DNA of 64,000 bases from an uncultured Clostridia bacterium. Its GTDB lineage: Bacteria; Acidobacteriota; Aminicenantia; UBA2199. The stretch covers positions 9,597 through 73,596 of the forward strand of contig CAZLSH010000002.1 of NCBI GenBank assembly GCA_964562095.1, read 5' to 3'. Below the pieces are notes generated by a model. The model made no database searches, had not been told where the DNA came from, and was given only the letters and a program-made list of their open reading frames with translations. Numbering within the stretch: position 1 is the first letter of the stretch; every line of letters starts with the position of its first letter. Shown here in pieces: positions 17,542-25,985 of this stretch. A program made the translations under genes and the position numbers.

Positions 17542-19523
17542 AGGAAGAACTTCCAGATGATCAGACAGAAAACGGTCAGTGCGATGTAGAACACATATTG
17601 CCCGGTTTTGCCACTCTGGAACCAGCGCAGCAATGAGAACGCCCTGTCCAGGGATCTGACCAGTGGAGAGAACAGCCGGGTCAGGAACCAGTCATCCACG
17701 CCCGCATGAAACGACCAGTTGTCCATGGGGAATAATTCCCTGTCGTTCCGGAGCTGCTCGTGCCCATGCAGGGGAAGCTGGAAATGCTTGATGAGCGGAG
17801 CGGCGAAAGAAGAGGCCGTGTATTGCATGGTCGGGCCGGGTTGGCTGTAGCCGCAATCCCACGTGACGGCGCCCGTCACGGCCCGCCCCCTGCGCTTCAT
17901 GATCGAGCGCCAGGCGTAGAAAAAAACGGCGGCCAATGCCAGCAGGCCCAGGATGATGCTCACGGTCAAAGTCAATGGGAAGAGCGTCCGGGCCGCCGCA
18001 TCGGCAGGGCCGAAAAACATCAGGACCGGTCGAATTAAAACCGGGAGCATGGCCATACTGAATAGGCCTATGAGCAGGCATAGCGCGGCCAGCAAGCCCA
18101 TGGACCAGAGCATGGGAGCCGGAGCTTCTGTTGGCGTGAGCTCTGTTTTCGTGCGTGCTTCACCAAGGAAAACGATACCGAAAACTTTCGTGAAACAGGC
18201 CACGGCCAGACCGCCGATGAGCGCCAGCGAGATGATGACGGCAAGGCTCAGCAGCGCCAGCAGCGGCTGCGGAGCGTGCACGGCGCCGCTGATGCCCGCG
18301 ACGTAGATGAACAACTCGCTGATAAAGCCATTGAAGAACGGCAGGCCGCAGATGGCGATGGCGCCGACAAAGAACAAACTGCCTGTGCGGGGCATTTTTT
18401 TCAACAGGCCGCCCAGGCGATCGATCTCGCCGCTCCCCGTTTGCCGGATCACCGCCCCGGCCCCAAGGAACAGCAGTCCCTTGAATAGGGCATGATTTAC
18501 GACATGCAGCAGCCCGCCTGCGAAACCGAAAAGCGCGATGGTGCTGGAGCCGAAGGCCACCCCGGTCATGCCGATGCCGATGCCCAGGAGAATGATGCCG
18601 ATATTTTCAACGCTGTGATAGGCAAGCAATCTCTTGATATCATGCTGCCCGAGGGCGAAGAGCACTCCCAGTATGCCGGATATCGCTCCCAGGGCAATCA
18701 GGAGCATGCCCCACCAGGAGTGAAATGGCGCAATGAACGTCAACAACCGCATCAGCCCATATATGCCCATCTTGATCATGATCCCGGACATGAGCGCCGA
18801 TACATGGCTCGGGGCGGCCGGGTGCGCGAGGGGAAGCCAGACATGAAAGGGAATGAACCCCGCTTTCAAGCCGAATGCGATCAGGGCGAGGATGAATACG
18901 GCATCGGCCCTGGCGGCCGAGAAATGAATGCCGGTCCAGGCGTGAAAATCGAACGAGCCGGCTGACGCGGAAAGCTGGAGAAAAAGGACCAGCAGAAATG
19001 CCGTGCCTACGTGCGCCGTGACGAAATAGGTCCATCCGGCCCGGATCGCATCGGGGTTCTTTTTGTCGTTGATGACCAGGAAAAACGATGAGAGCGACAT
19101 GATCTCCCAGGCCAGGATGAACAGGACAGCGTTCCTGGCCAGGAGCACCATGACCATCCCGGAAACCAGCAAGCTGAAATAGAACCAATGGGAGCGTCCG
19201 GCGGGATGACTCCCGAAGTAACGCGTCCCGTAAAGTGAACTGGCTGCCGCCAGGATCAGCAGCGGGATCATGAATATGGCGCTCAAGGGGTCGATGCCCG
19301 CCCGCAGGCTGGCGAAGGGCAGTTGCCAGTTCAGCCAGCTGGAAATGATATTCGCGTCAATGCGGCGGAAAATCCAGAAAAGATATGCCAGGGTGATGAG
19401 GCTGCCGGCGGAAACAATGATGGCGGTCAGGTCCTTTAGCCGGGAGCCATGCTTGAACGGGTACAGGCTGAATACGCCAGCTGCACTGACAACGAAGACA
19501 TAAAAAATCAAGGGGTTCAGCAT
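17538..19523 (-). CDS. NuoL/HyfB/HycC/MnhA-like antiporter subunit
   Basis: LAWEIMSLSS, FHVWLPLAHPAAPSHVSALMSG and LAYHSVENIG motifs; 661 aa. Confidence 0.85.
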   Translation of the reverse strand: MLNPLIFYVFVVSAAGVFSLYPFKHGSRLKDLTAIIVSAGSLITLAYLFWIFRRIDANIISSWLNWQLPFASLRAGIDPLSAIFMIPLLILAAASSLYGTRYFGSHPAGRSHWFYFSLLVSGMVMVLLARNAVLFILAWEIMSLSSFFLVINDKKNPDAIRAGWTYFVTAHVGTAFLLVLFLQLSASAGSFDFHAWTGIHFSAARADAVFILALIAFGLKAGFIPFHVWLPLAHPAAPSHVSALMSGIMIKMGIYGLMRLLTFIAPFHSWWGMLLIALGAISGILGVLFALGQHDIKRLLAYHSVENIGIILLGIGIGMTGVAFGSSTIALFGFAGGLLHVVNHALFKGLLFLGAGAVIRQTGSGEIDRLGGLLKKMPRTGSLFFVGAIAICGLPFFNGFISELFIYVAGISGAVHAPQPLLALLSLAVIISLALIGGLAVACFTKVFGIVFLGEARTKTELTPTEAPAPMLWSMGLLAALCLLIGLFSMAMLPVLIRPVLMFFGPADAAARTLFPLTLTVSIILGLLALAAVFFYAWRSIMKRRGRAVTGAVTWDCGYSQPGPTMQYTASSFAAPLIKHFQLPLHGHEQLRNDRELFPMDNWSFHAGVDDWFLTRLFSPLVRSLDRAFSLLRWFQSGKTGQYVFYIALTVFCLIIWKFFL

Positions 19524-19530
19524 ACGGCGA

Positions 19531-20286
19531 TCATGGTTTGACGGACTCTTTGCGCAAAGTACTCTCGAAGGCGGCCAGGGTATCGAGGATCAGCTGGCGG
19601 TTGGATGTCCCCTTGAGCACGCAGCGGATGGCGGGCTGGTGCAGGGCATAGCTGAGCCTGGACAGAATGTGAAGGTGGGAACGGACCGTGTGGGTGATGA
19701 TGGTGAAGACGGTATCAACCGCCTTGCTGTCCAGGGCGTTGAAGTCGATGGGCTGTTCAAGAAAACACAGCGCCAGGACCGGTTTTTTCACATGAAATAT
19801 GATCGGGTTTCTGACGTGGGGGATGGCGATGCCGTCGCCGATGGCGGTGGTGCCGAGGTTCTCCCGCGCCAGTAGAGCTCCGATCAGGAATTCCCTGTCC
19901 ACATCGTCGGGGAGGTGCATGATGTTGACGATCGACCGGAGCACGCTCTCCTTGTCCGTGCCGGGGATGCGATAATGGATGCCTCCGGCGTTGAGCGACT
20001 CGGTCAGCGCCGGCATTTCATCGTCGGTCTCGAAAGGTTCATCGAATATCGCGGGGGAGAGCTTTATTTTTCTGGCCGTGGCCCATTCCAGCAATTCCAC
20101 CCTGTTGAAGCGATAACCTTCACCGATCTTGTAGGCTGGGATCTCTTTTTTCGCTATCCAGCGGTAGATTGTTTTATCCGAAACCGCCAACATCTGGGCA
20201 ACTTCCTTTAATCCAATCATCATGGAAAAATTCAACTCCTTGCTTGAGAGTGCGGTTGGTATACTATAGAAAAATGTATAATCCAT
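19531..20286 (-). CDS. Regulator: excisionase/MerR-type HTH fused to a PTS EIIA(Fru/Ntr)-type domain
   Basis: N-terminal HTH_17-like helix (LKEVAQMLAVSDKTIYRWIAKKEIPAYKIGEGYRFNRVELLEWA). The C-terminal PTS_EIIA_2 domain carries the phosphorylatable His motif GIAIPH. It lies 8 nt upstream of the NuoL-like gene on the same strand. The start could instead be the MM pair at 20218-20223. Confidence 0.7.
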   Translation of the reverse strand: MDYTFFYSIPTALSSKELNFSMMIGLKEVAQMLAVSDKTIYRWIAKKEIPAYKIGEGYRFNRVELLEWATARKIKLSPAIFDEPFETDDEMPALTESLNAGGIHYRIPGTDKESVLRSIVNIMHLPDDVDREFLIGALLARENLGTTAIGDGIAIPHVRNPIIFHVKKPVLALCFLEQPIDFNALDSKAVDTVFTIITHTVRSHLHILSRLSYALHQPAIRCVLKGTSNRQLILDTLAAFESTLRKESVKP

Positions 20287-20347
20287 TTAGGCAAGAAAGT
20301 CAAGGCGTGTCCATGAATGTCCATTATCGTTGGCGCGGATGCCAATG

Positions 20348-20470
20348 AGTGATTTGAAATGTCTGGATATGGTTTTTCCTGAAAGCGTTGGCCACATCGC
20401 CGGCGGCGGCTTCTTCGTCGCCACCCTGTACTGGCTGGCTTACGTGCGCAAGCCCAAGAAGGCCGCCTAG
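20348..20470 (+). CDS. Candidate small hydrophobic peptide (ILNVWIWFFLKALATSPGGGFFVATLYWLAYVRKPKKAA), GTG/TTG start uncertain
   Basis: The frame is open from a GTG at 20348 to a TAG at 20468-20470. It has a TM-like composition, is followed by a strong terminator, and has no clear SD. Confidence 0.2.
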   Translation, partial: SDLKCLDMVFPESVGHIAGGGFFVATLYWLAYVRKPKKAA

Positions 20471-20490
20471 GGCGTTTTCCCGATCCTTTC

Positions 20491-20522
20491 GGGCCGCTGC
20501 CGCAAGGGGCGGCCCTTTTTAT
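20491..20522 (+). terminator. Rho-independent terminator (GGGCCGC-loop-GCGGCCC-TTTTTA)
   Basis: A 7-bp GC stem with an 11-nt loop followed by a T-run. Confidence 0.6.
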
Positions 20523-20634
20523 TTGATTCGTTGCGCCAAGTGGCGAGTGCTGAGCCCGCTGGGCGGGCAGGGCAACCGGCCAGGGCAAGAAGGCGCAAGT
20601 CGAAGAAGCGGCAACCCCGAGGCCCCTCCTCCCC

Positions 20635-21888
20635 TCACTCGATCTGCGCGGAGACGTACTCGGTCAGCTTCCCCAGGCAGTTCACGTAACTGCCGTACTC
20701 GTTGTCGTACCAGCCCATGATCTTGGCGTGGGTGACGGGGATATTGACCTCGCGCATGCCACTGACGCCGATGGCCGCCAGCACGTCCTGGGGAACCTGC
20801 AGGAAGCCGGTCCGGGTGTGGATCTCCTGGCCCTCGATCACGACGGCGGCGGGAAAGCCCAGCAGGTCCTGGGACACGTTCTGCTTGGTGGAAAAGACGA
20901 GCAGGCCCTTCTGCGCCCCGTCCGCGGCCGAGCGGTAGATTCCCTTGATGTGCTCGGTGTTGATGAAGGGCATGCCGTTCTCGTTCAGGCGGGAGCTGAA
21001 GGTGATGTTGAGGGCGATCAGCGAGACGGACGGCGTGGGGATGCGGATGGAATCGGCCATGAAGCCGAAGCGGCTCGTCTGCGGGATCACCTTCTCCAGC
21101 GTCTTGGCGGCGCCGGTCGAGGAGAGGATGATGTTGTTCAGGACCGAGCGGTTCTTGCGCAGGTCCGAGGCGCCGGCGGCGGGAACGGAGTCCAGGACGC
21201 TCTGGGTATTGGTGGCGGCGTGGACGGTGGACATGGAGGCCGTGAGGATGTGGCTGGTTTCGCGGTCTTCCAGCAACGGCTTGATCATGTGGGCCAGGCC
21301 GGTCGTCGTGCAGCTGGCCGCGGAGACGATGTTGTGGCGCATGGGGTTGAAGCTGGCGTGGTTGATGCCGTAGATCAGGGTGGGGCAGGCCTCGGCGTCG
21401 GTCCAGGACGCTCTCTTGGACTTGAAGGGGGCGCTGACGATGACCTTCTGGGCGCCGGCCGCCAGGTGCCCGGCGACGCTGCCCCGGGCGTCACTGGCGG
21501 GGACGCCGGGATCCAGGAACTTGCCGGTGCAGTCGACGACGACACGCACCCCCTCTTCCTTCCAGCGCAGGTTCTGGGGGTTCCGCTCCCGGTTCAGGAA
21601 CTTGACCCGGAACCCGTCGATCGCCAGCCAGCCGTTGGGCCCGTCGACGACCTCGATGGCGCACGTCCGGCCCGAGTGGCCGTGCAGGAAGTGGTCCAGC
21701 GAGCCGTAGGTCGAGTCCGAGCGGATCGCCTGGATGAAATCGTCGACGCTCTTGCCCACGTCCCGGCCCACGTTGGCCACGATGCCGTCGAACTTGCGGG
21801 AGACCAGGTGATACCACAGGGTCAGCTTGCCGATGCGGCCCAAGCCGTTGACCCCCAGCAGCTTCTTGTCATGGATGCTTGCGTTCAC
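20635..21888 (-). CDS. gap: Glyceraldehyde-3-phosphate dehydrogenase family protein, long form (~417 aa) with internal insertions
   Basis: NAD-binding GVNGLGRIGK, catalytic ASCTTTGLAH and C-terminal WYDNEYGSYVN motifs. A GTG start at 21886-21888 is preceded by AAGGAGAAGG; the N-terminal 85 aa of the listed ORF look like non-coding read-through. There is an extra ~80 aa relative to canonical GAPDH. Confidence 0.7.
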   Translation of the reverse strand: MNASIHDKKLLGVNGLGRIGKLTLWYHLVSRKFDGIVANVGRDVGKSVDDFIQAIRSDSTYGSLDHFLHGHSGRTCAIEVVDGPNGWLAIDGFRVKFLNRERNPQNLRWKEEGVRVVVDCTGKFLDPGVPASDARGSVAGHLAAGAQKVIVSAPFKSKRASWTDAEACPTLIYGINHASFNPMRHNIVSAASCTTTGLAHMIKPLLEDRETSHILTASMSTVHAATNTQSVLDSVPAAGASDLRKNRSVLNNIILSSTGAAKTLEKVIPQTSRFGFMADSIRIPTPSVSLIALNITFSSRLNENGMPFINTEHIKGIYRSAADGAQKGLLVFSTKQNVSQDLLGFPAAVVIEGQEIHTRTGFLQVPQDVLAAIGVSGMREVNIPVTHAKIMGWYDNEYGSYVNCLGKLTEYVSAQIE

Positions 21889-21911
21889 GATGCCTTCTCC
21901 TTCATGGTATT

Positions 21912-24900
21912 TTACAATGCCTGGATCTGGATGGGATAATTCCCTTGGTAGACGATGCCCTTGTGGCCGTCGATGGCGATCGGGTCGCAGGACAGAAAGA
22001 CAGTGCCGTTGATGACGCAGCGCTTGTCGCCCTCGGACACGAGCATGTCGTCGCAATTGACGACGCAGGTCTTGCCCAGCGTGGCCGCGGTAACGGCGGC
22101 GTGGGAGGTCGCGCCGCCCTTGCTGGTCAGCAGTCCCTCGCACTCGATGATCATCTCGATGTCCTCGGGCACGGTGTCGGGGCGGACCAGGACGGCCTTC
22201 TGCCCCGGGGCGCGCCGGCGCAGGGCCGCCAGGTCGTCGCGGTCGAAGACGACGGCCCCGTTCAGCACGCGGTTGCCGATGCCGATGCCGCAGCCGACCC
22301 GCTTGCGCTTCTTCTCGGGCGTGGCGAACGTTTCGATCTCGGTCTGCTTGACGATGACCATGTCCCGCGTTTGCAGGATGTACAGGTCCTCAGGCTCGGC
22401 CTTTTCGAACGTGAACTCGATTTCCTGGTGGCCGAAGCCGTGGACCTCGATGAGCTCGTTGGCGATCCGCTTGAGACGGTCGTAGATCCTCGGAAATGCG
22501 GTCTCGAGCGAGAACGGGCTCTTGCGGTAGTAGGTCCGCCGCTGGTTTTCGCTGATCGGCAGGGTGTTGACCAGGCCGGCGACGATGTCTTCGCCCTGGC
22601 TGAGGAAGGTGAAATCGCCGGCCAGGTTGACGCCGGGAACATCGTCGTTCACGTCATGGGTGAACAGCACCCCGGAGCCCGATTCGTTGTGCAGGTTGCC
22701 GAAGATCATCTGCTGCACGATGACGGCCGTGCCCCACTCGGGGGCGATCTGCATGTGGTTGCGGTAGAAGCGGGCCCGCGGCGTGTCCCAGGAGTTGAAC
22801 ACGGAGATGACGGCCTCCTTGATCTGCAGGAAGGGGTCGCTCGCGAACTGGATGCCGTGGTCGCGCAGCAGCCCCCGGTAGGCGAAGGCGATCTCGCGCA
22901 TGACCGGCGGCGGGAAATCGATCTTGCGCGCCACGTGGCGCGCGCGCTTGAAGCTGTCCATGATCTGGTCGAACTGGTTCCGTTCCAGGCCGTAGGCCAT
23001 GCCCCACGTCTGCAGCAGGCGGCGGTAGCAGTCCCACGACGTCCAGCCGAAGTTGGGCTGGCGGCTGAGCTCCTCGGTGATCTCGTCGTTCAGCCCCACG
23101 TTGAGGAAGGTGTTCATGGCGCCGGGCATGGAGATGGCGGCCCCGGAACGGACGCTCAGCAGCAGGGGCTGGCGGGGATCGCCGAAGCGCAGGCCCGAGA
23201 TGCGCTCGAGCTCCGAGACGTGGCGGCGGATCAGGGCGTCGATCTCCGCGTTCAGCGACGGGATCTTCAGGATCGCCTGCACCCGGCGGAAGACCTCGGT
23301 GGTAAGCACGAAGCCGGGCGGTACCGGAAAGCGGTTCAAGTAGAGCTTCTTCAGGTAATAGGCCTTCGAGCCCAGGAACACCTGGTTGTCCATCGCCGGC
23401 GTGCCTTCATAGAGGGGGCTGATCACCAGGTCGGGGTCGTAGGCCATGATGCTCTGGATCTCCGGGTCGGAGAGGTTGCCGGCAAACTTGCGCAGGTTGT
23501 TCAGGACCTCGCCGATGAACTGGTCCAGGGTCTGGAGCAGAAACGCCGAGGAGAGGAGCTCGCGGTAGAAGATCTCCGCCTTCTGGCAGACGACCTTGCG
23601 GTCGGCGTCTGGCACGTACTGGGGAATGATGACGTTCAGGAGACGGTCGTAGGGGCGGATGAAAAACTTGTTGATGATTTCCTTGACGCTGGTCTCCATG
23701 AACTGAAAAATGTTGATGTATTGGCGGATGGTGAAGCTGCCCGAGGTGAGGCTGTACAGGAGCATCTTCAGGTTGGCGTCGAATCCCTGGTCGTAGATCC
23801 CGTCCAGGCTCAGCCCCTCCTGCAGCAACTGGATGACCGCGTAGATGTTCTTCAGGGTCTTGGCGGTGAAATAGTCAGTGTGGATCCCGGCCATGACGTC
23901 GGCGACCAGGACGGCGGCGATGCGCTCGAGCCGGAAGGTCAGCCCCAGGGCCTCGAACTTGGGCTCGCGGTACTCGCCGTACATGGAGGGGATGCCGAAG
24001 GCGACATGCCGCTTGTAGTAGATGTTTTCCCAGCCCTCGCTCGGCTGCGGGTCGAAGAGGATGGCGTTCAGCTTGCCCATGAACTGGTAAATGAGCTTCA
24101 GGGCCTCCACGCTCCGGTTGGCGGCCAGGGCGGCCTCCAGCCGCTGGCGGTCCTCGGCGGCGATGAAGGCGTGCCGCACCAGCAAGCGGCCGATGTCATC
24201 GGTCTCAAAGTGGTATTTTTCCTTCAGCAGCTGGTGCAGCTCGACGATCAGGGCCACGCGCCTGGCGTCGCTGCCGCCGCCCTGGGCCAGCGCGTCCAGG
24301 CTCCGCGCGCGCTCCTTGGCCTGCCGCGCCAGCCAGTCGTCCACGGAGAGGGAGCCCTCCGCCAGCAGCCCGGACAGGACCTGGTGCACCCCCCGCACCC
24401 ACGGCCCGGCGGGTTCAATCGTCTCCAGGACGTTCTGGGGGACGAGGCCCTTGAGGCGCTCCGCGTCCAGGTCGGCCCAGAAGCGGATGATCTCCGCCGT
24501 GAGCTGGATGTGCGTGTTGTTGCCCTCGGCGTGGACCTGCTTGCGCAAAAAATGGATCAGCTTGTCGTTGCGGTGGGTGATCTCGTCGAGCCTCGTCGTC
24601 ACGTCGCGCAGGCGCCCCTCGGCCCCGATCTCGTTAAAATACACCGGGAAGATCCGGGTCAGCTGCTTGATCTGCTTGTAAATGGGCGACACGGTGGCGT
24701 TCAGCAGCCGGGTGACGTCCTTTTGGAACAGGTCGGTGTCGAAGATGAAGATGCCGCCGACGCGCAGGTTGATGATCAGCGCCGACAGCAGGTTCTTCAT
24801 CGTCTCTGGGTCGTACTCGATCAGCTCCAGCCAGACGCGGATGTTCTTGACGTGGTTGGGATTGACGTTCAGCGACCACTCGTCGGTCAGGCGCGCCGCG

Positions 24901-25985
24901 CCGGGGGAAACGAAGCCGAAGCGGATGACGCGGTCCTCGAAATGGTGGATCAGCCGCCGGTTGTGGGTGTTGATGATCTCCTTGCCCAGCCCCAGGATGG
25001 AATCGAGGATCAGGCTCGTGCTGTCGTGCTTCAGCTCGGCGAAGAGCCCGAACAGTTCGTCGACGGCCTGAACGGTCTGGTCCTCGCTCAGCTCCTGGCC
25101 GATCCTGCGGATGGCGTTGTTCAGGTCGATGAGCAGGTAGTCCCGATGGTACACCATGCCCGGCAGGTGGATCAGGTACAGGATGTAGCGGAACTGCTCG
25201 GCGGCCCGGGCGAAGCGGTCGGTCGTCTTGCGGAAGGAGTCGATGACGTCGGGAAAGGCGAAGGACTGCTTGGCCAGGTCCGCCCAGGTCCGGGCGTGCT
25301 TCAGGTCGCGTAGGCAGGCGTTGAAAAAGCCGCGTCCCAGCGGCTTGAGCGCCGGCGCATAGTCCCGCGACATGATGCGGCGGTTGGCCTGGTACCAGGC
25401 CTCGATGTCGGCCGTGTCGCGCCAGAACAGGATGCTTTTCTCGATTAGGCGGCGCATGAAGGCGAACGCCTCCGGCGCCGCCGCGCCCGCGGCCGCGCCG
25501 TCGAGGCTTTTGCCGAAGTAGCCGAGGTTGCTCATGTACCCGAACAGGTGGTTGTCCAGGTGGACGTCGAGGATGGCGATGAAGCGCCGGTCCAGCGGCT
25601 CGCTTTCGGCCGCGGCGTCCTGGTTCTTGCTGAAGAAATGGAGGAAGAGGAAGACCAGGCGCCGGGACAGCTCGTCGGACAGCCGCTCGCGAAGCAGGGC
25701 GTCGAACAGGTCTAGGAAGAGCTGCAGGACGCGGCCGCACTCGTCCCGTTGGCGGTACACCCAGAAGTCGCTGACGGCCACCTGGCCGAGCAGATCGATG
25801 ACCTCCTTGCGGTTCGAGTAGGGGTGGTTGAACTCGGTGACGAATTCGCAGGCCCGTTGGTGGATCCCCCAGGTGCTGGTCGTGAGCGACAGCAGCCACT
25901 GGTGCTCCGCGGGAATCGCGAACTCCACGCTCCGCGTCTCGGCCAGGTTGGCCTCGAGCGCCTCGGAGCGGATCGCGCGGGTCAT
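21912..25985 (-). CDS. Large PPDK-like protein: unassigned ~700-aa N-terminal region, then a pyruvate,phosphate dikinase-type ATP-grasp nucleotide-binding domain and a phosphohistidine (PEP-utilizer mobile) domain; no PEP/pyruvate TIM-barrel domain
   Basis: The middle region is colinear with the PPDK N-terminal domain (LGSKAYYLKKL...FPVPPGFVLTTE, LLLSVRSGAAISMPGAMNTFLNVGLNDE, GTAVIVQQMIFGNLHNESGSGVLFTHD, GEDIVAGLVNTLPIS, EIEFTFEKAEPEDLYILQTRDM). The C-terminus is GLLTSKGGATSHAAVTAATLGKTCVVNC (catalytic-His swivel domain). It overlaps the upstream gap by 4 nt and sits 23 nt from the downstream long gap. Confidence 0.75.
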   Translation of the reverse strand: MTRAIRSEALEANLAETRSVEFAIPAEHQWLLSLTTSTWGIHQRACEFVTEFNHPYSNRKEVIDLLGQVAVSDFWVYRQRDECGRVLQLFLDLFDALLRERLSDELSRRLVFLFLHFFSKNQDAAAESEPLDRRFIAILDVHLDNHLFGYMSNLGYFGKSLDGAAAGAAAPEAFAFMRRLIEKSILFWRDTADIEAWYQANRRIMSRDYAPALKPLGRGFFNACLRDLKHARTWADLAKQSFAFPDVIDSFRKTTDRFARAAEQFRYILYLIHLPGMVYHRDYLLIDLNNAIRRIGQELSEDQTVQAVDELFGLFAELKHDSTSLILDSILGLGKEIINTHNRRLIHHFEDRVIRFGFVSPGAARLTDEWSLNVNPNHVKNIRVWLELIEYDPETMKNLLSALIINLRVGGIFIFDTDLFQKDVTRLLNATVSPIYKQIKQLTRIFPVYFNEIGAEGRLRDVTTRLDEITHRNDKLIHFLRKQVHAEGNNTHIQLTAEIIRFWADLDAERLKGLVPQNVLETIEPAGPWVRGVHQVLSGLLAEGSLSVDDWLARQAKERARSLDALAQGGGSDARRVALIVELHQLLKEKYHFETDDIGRLLVRHAFIAAEDRQRLEAALAANRSVEALKLIYQFMGKLNAILFDPQPSEGWENIYYKRHVAFGIPSMYGEYREPKFEALGLTFRLERIAAVLVADVMAGIHTDYFTAKTLKNIYAVIQLLQEGLSLDGIYDQGFDANLKMLLYSLTSGSFTIRQYINIFQFMETSVKEIINKFFIRPYDRLLNVIIPQYVPDADRKVVCQKAEIFYRELLSSAFLLQTLDQFIGEVLNNLRKFAGNLSDPEIQSIMAYDPDLVISPLYEGTPAMDNQVFLGSKAYYLKKLYLNRFPVPPGFVLTTEVFRRVQAILKIPSLNAEIDALIRRHVSELERISGLRFGDPRQPLLLSVRSGAAISMPGAMNTFLNVGLNDEITEELSRQPNFGWTSWDCYRRLLQTWGMAYGLERNQFDQIMDSFKRARHVARKIDFPPPVMREIAFAYRGLLRDHGIQFASDPFLQIKEAVISVFNSWDTPRARFYRNHMQIAPEWGTAVIVQQMIFGNLHNESGSGVLFTHDVNDDVPGVNLAGDFTFLSQGEDIVAGLVNTLPISENQRRTYYRKSPFSLETAFPRIYDRLKRIANELIEVHGFGHQEIEFTFEKAEPEDLYILQTRDMVIVKQTEIETFATPEKKRKRVGCGIGIGNRVLNGAVVFDRDDLAALRRRAPGQKAVLVRPDTVPEDIEMIIECEGLLTSKGGATSHAAVTAATLGKTCVVNCDDMLVSEGDKRCVINGTVFLSCDPIAIDGHKGIVYQGNYPIQIQAL

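Noticed and set aside
20388-20720. 110-aa plus-strand ORF MATSPAAASSSPP...
   Set aside because: Low-complexity Ala/Pro/Arg/Ser translation reading through the terminator hairpin. The shorter hydrophobic frame ending at 20470 is more plausible, and even that is tentative.
20635-22143. 502-aa form of the long GAPDH ORF
   Set aside because: The first ~85 residues are Arg/Gly-rich and overlap the 3-prime end of the giant gene. A GTG at 21886-21888 with an AAGGAG RBS gives a sensible GAPDH N-terminus (VNASIHDKKLLGVNGLGRIGK).
21879-25313. 1144-aa plus-strand ORF
   Set aside because: It is antisense to the PPDK-like giant gene. The translation is dominated by Ala/Gly/Asp/Val/Arg/Leu/Gln runs typical of GC-rich antisense frames, and it has no recognisable motifs.
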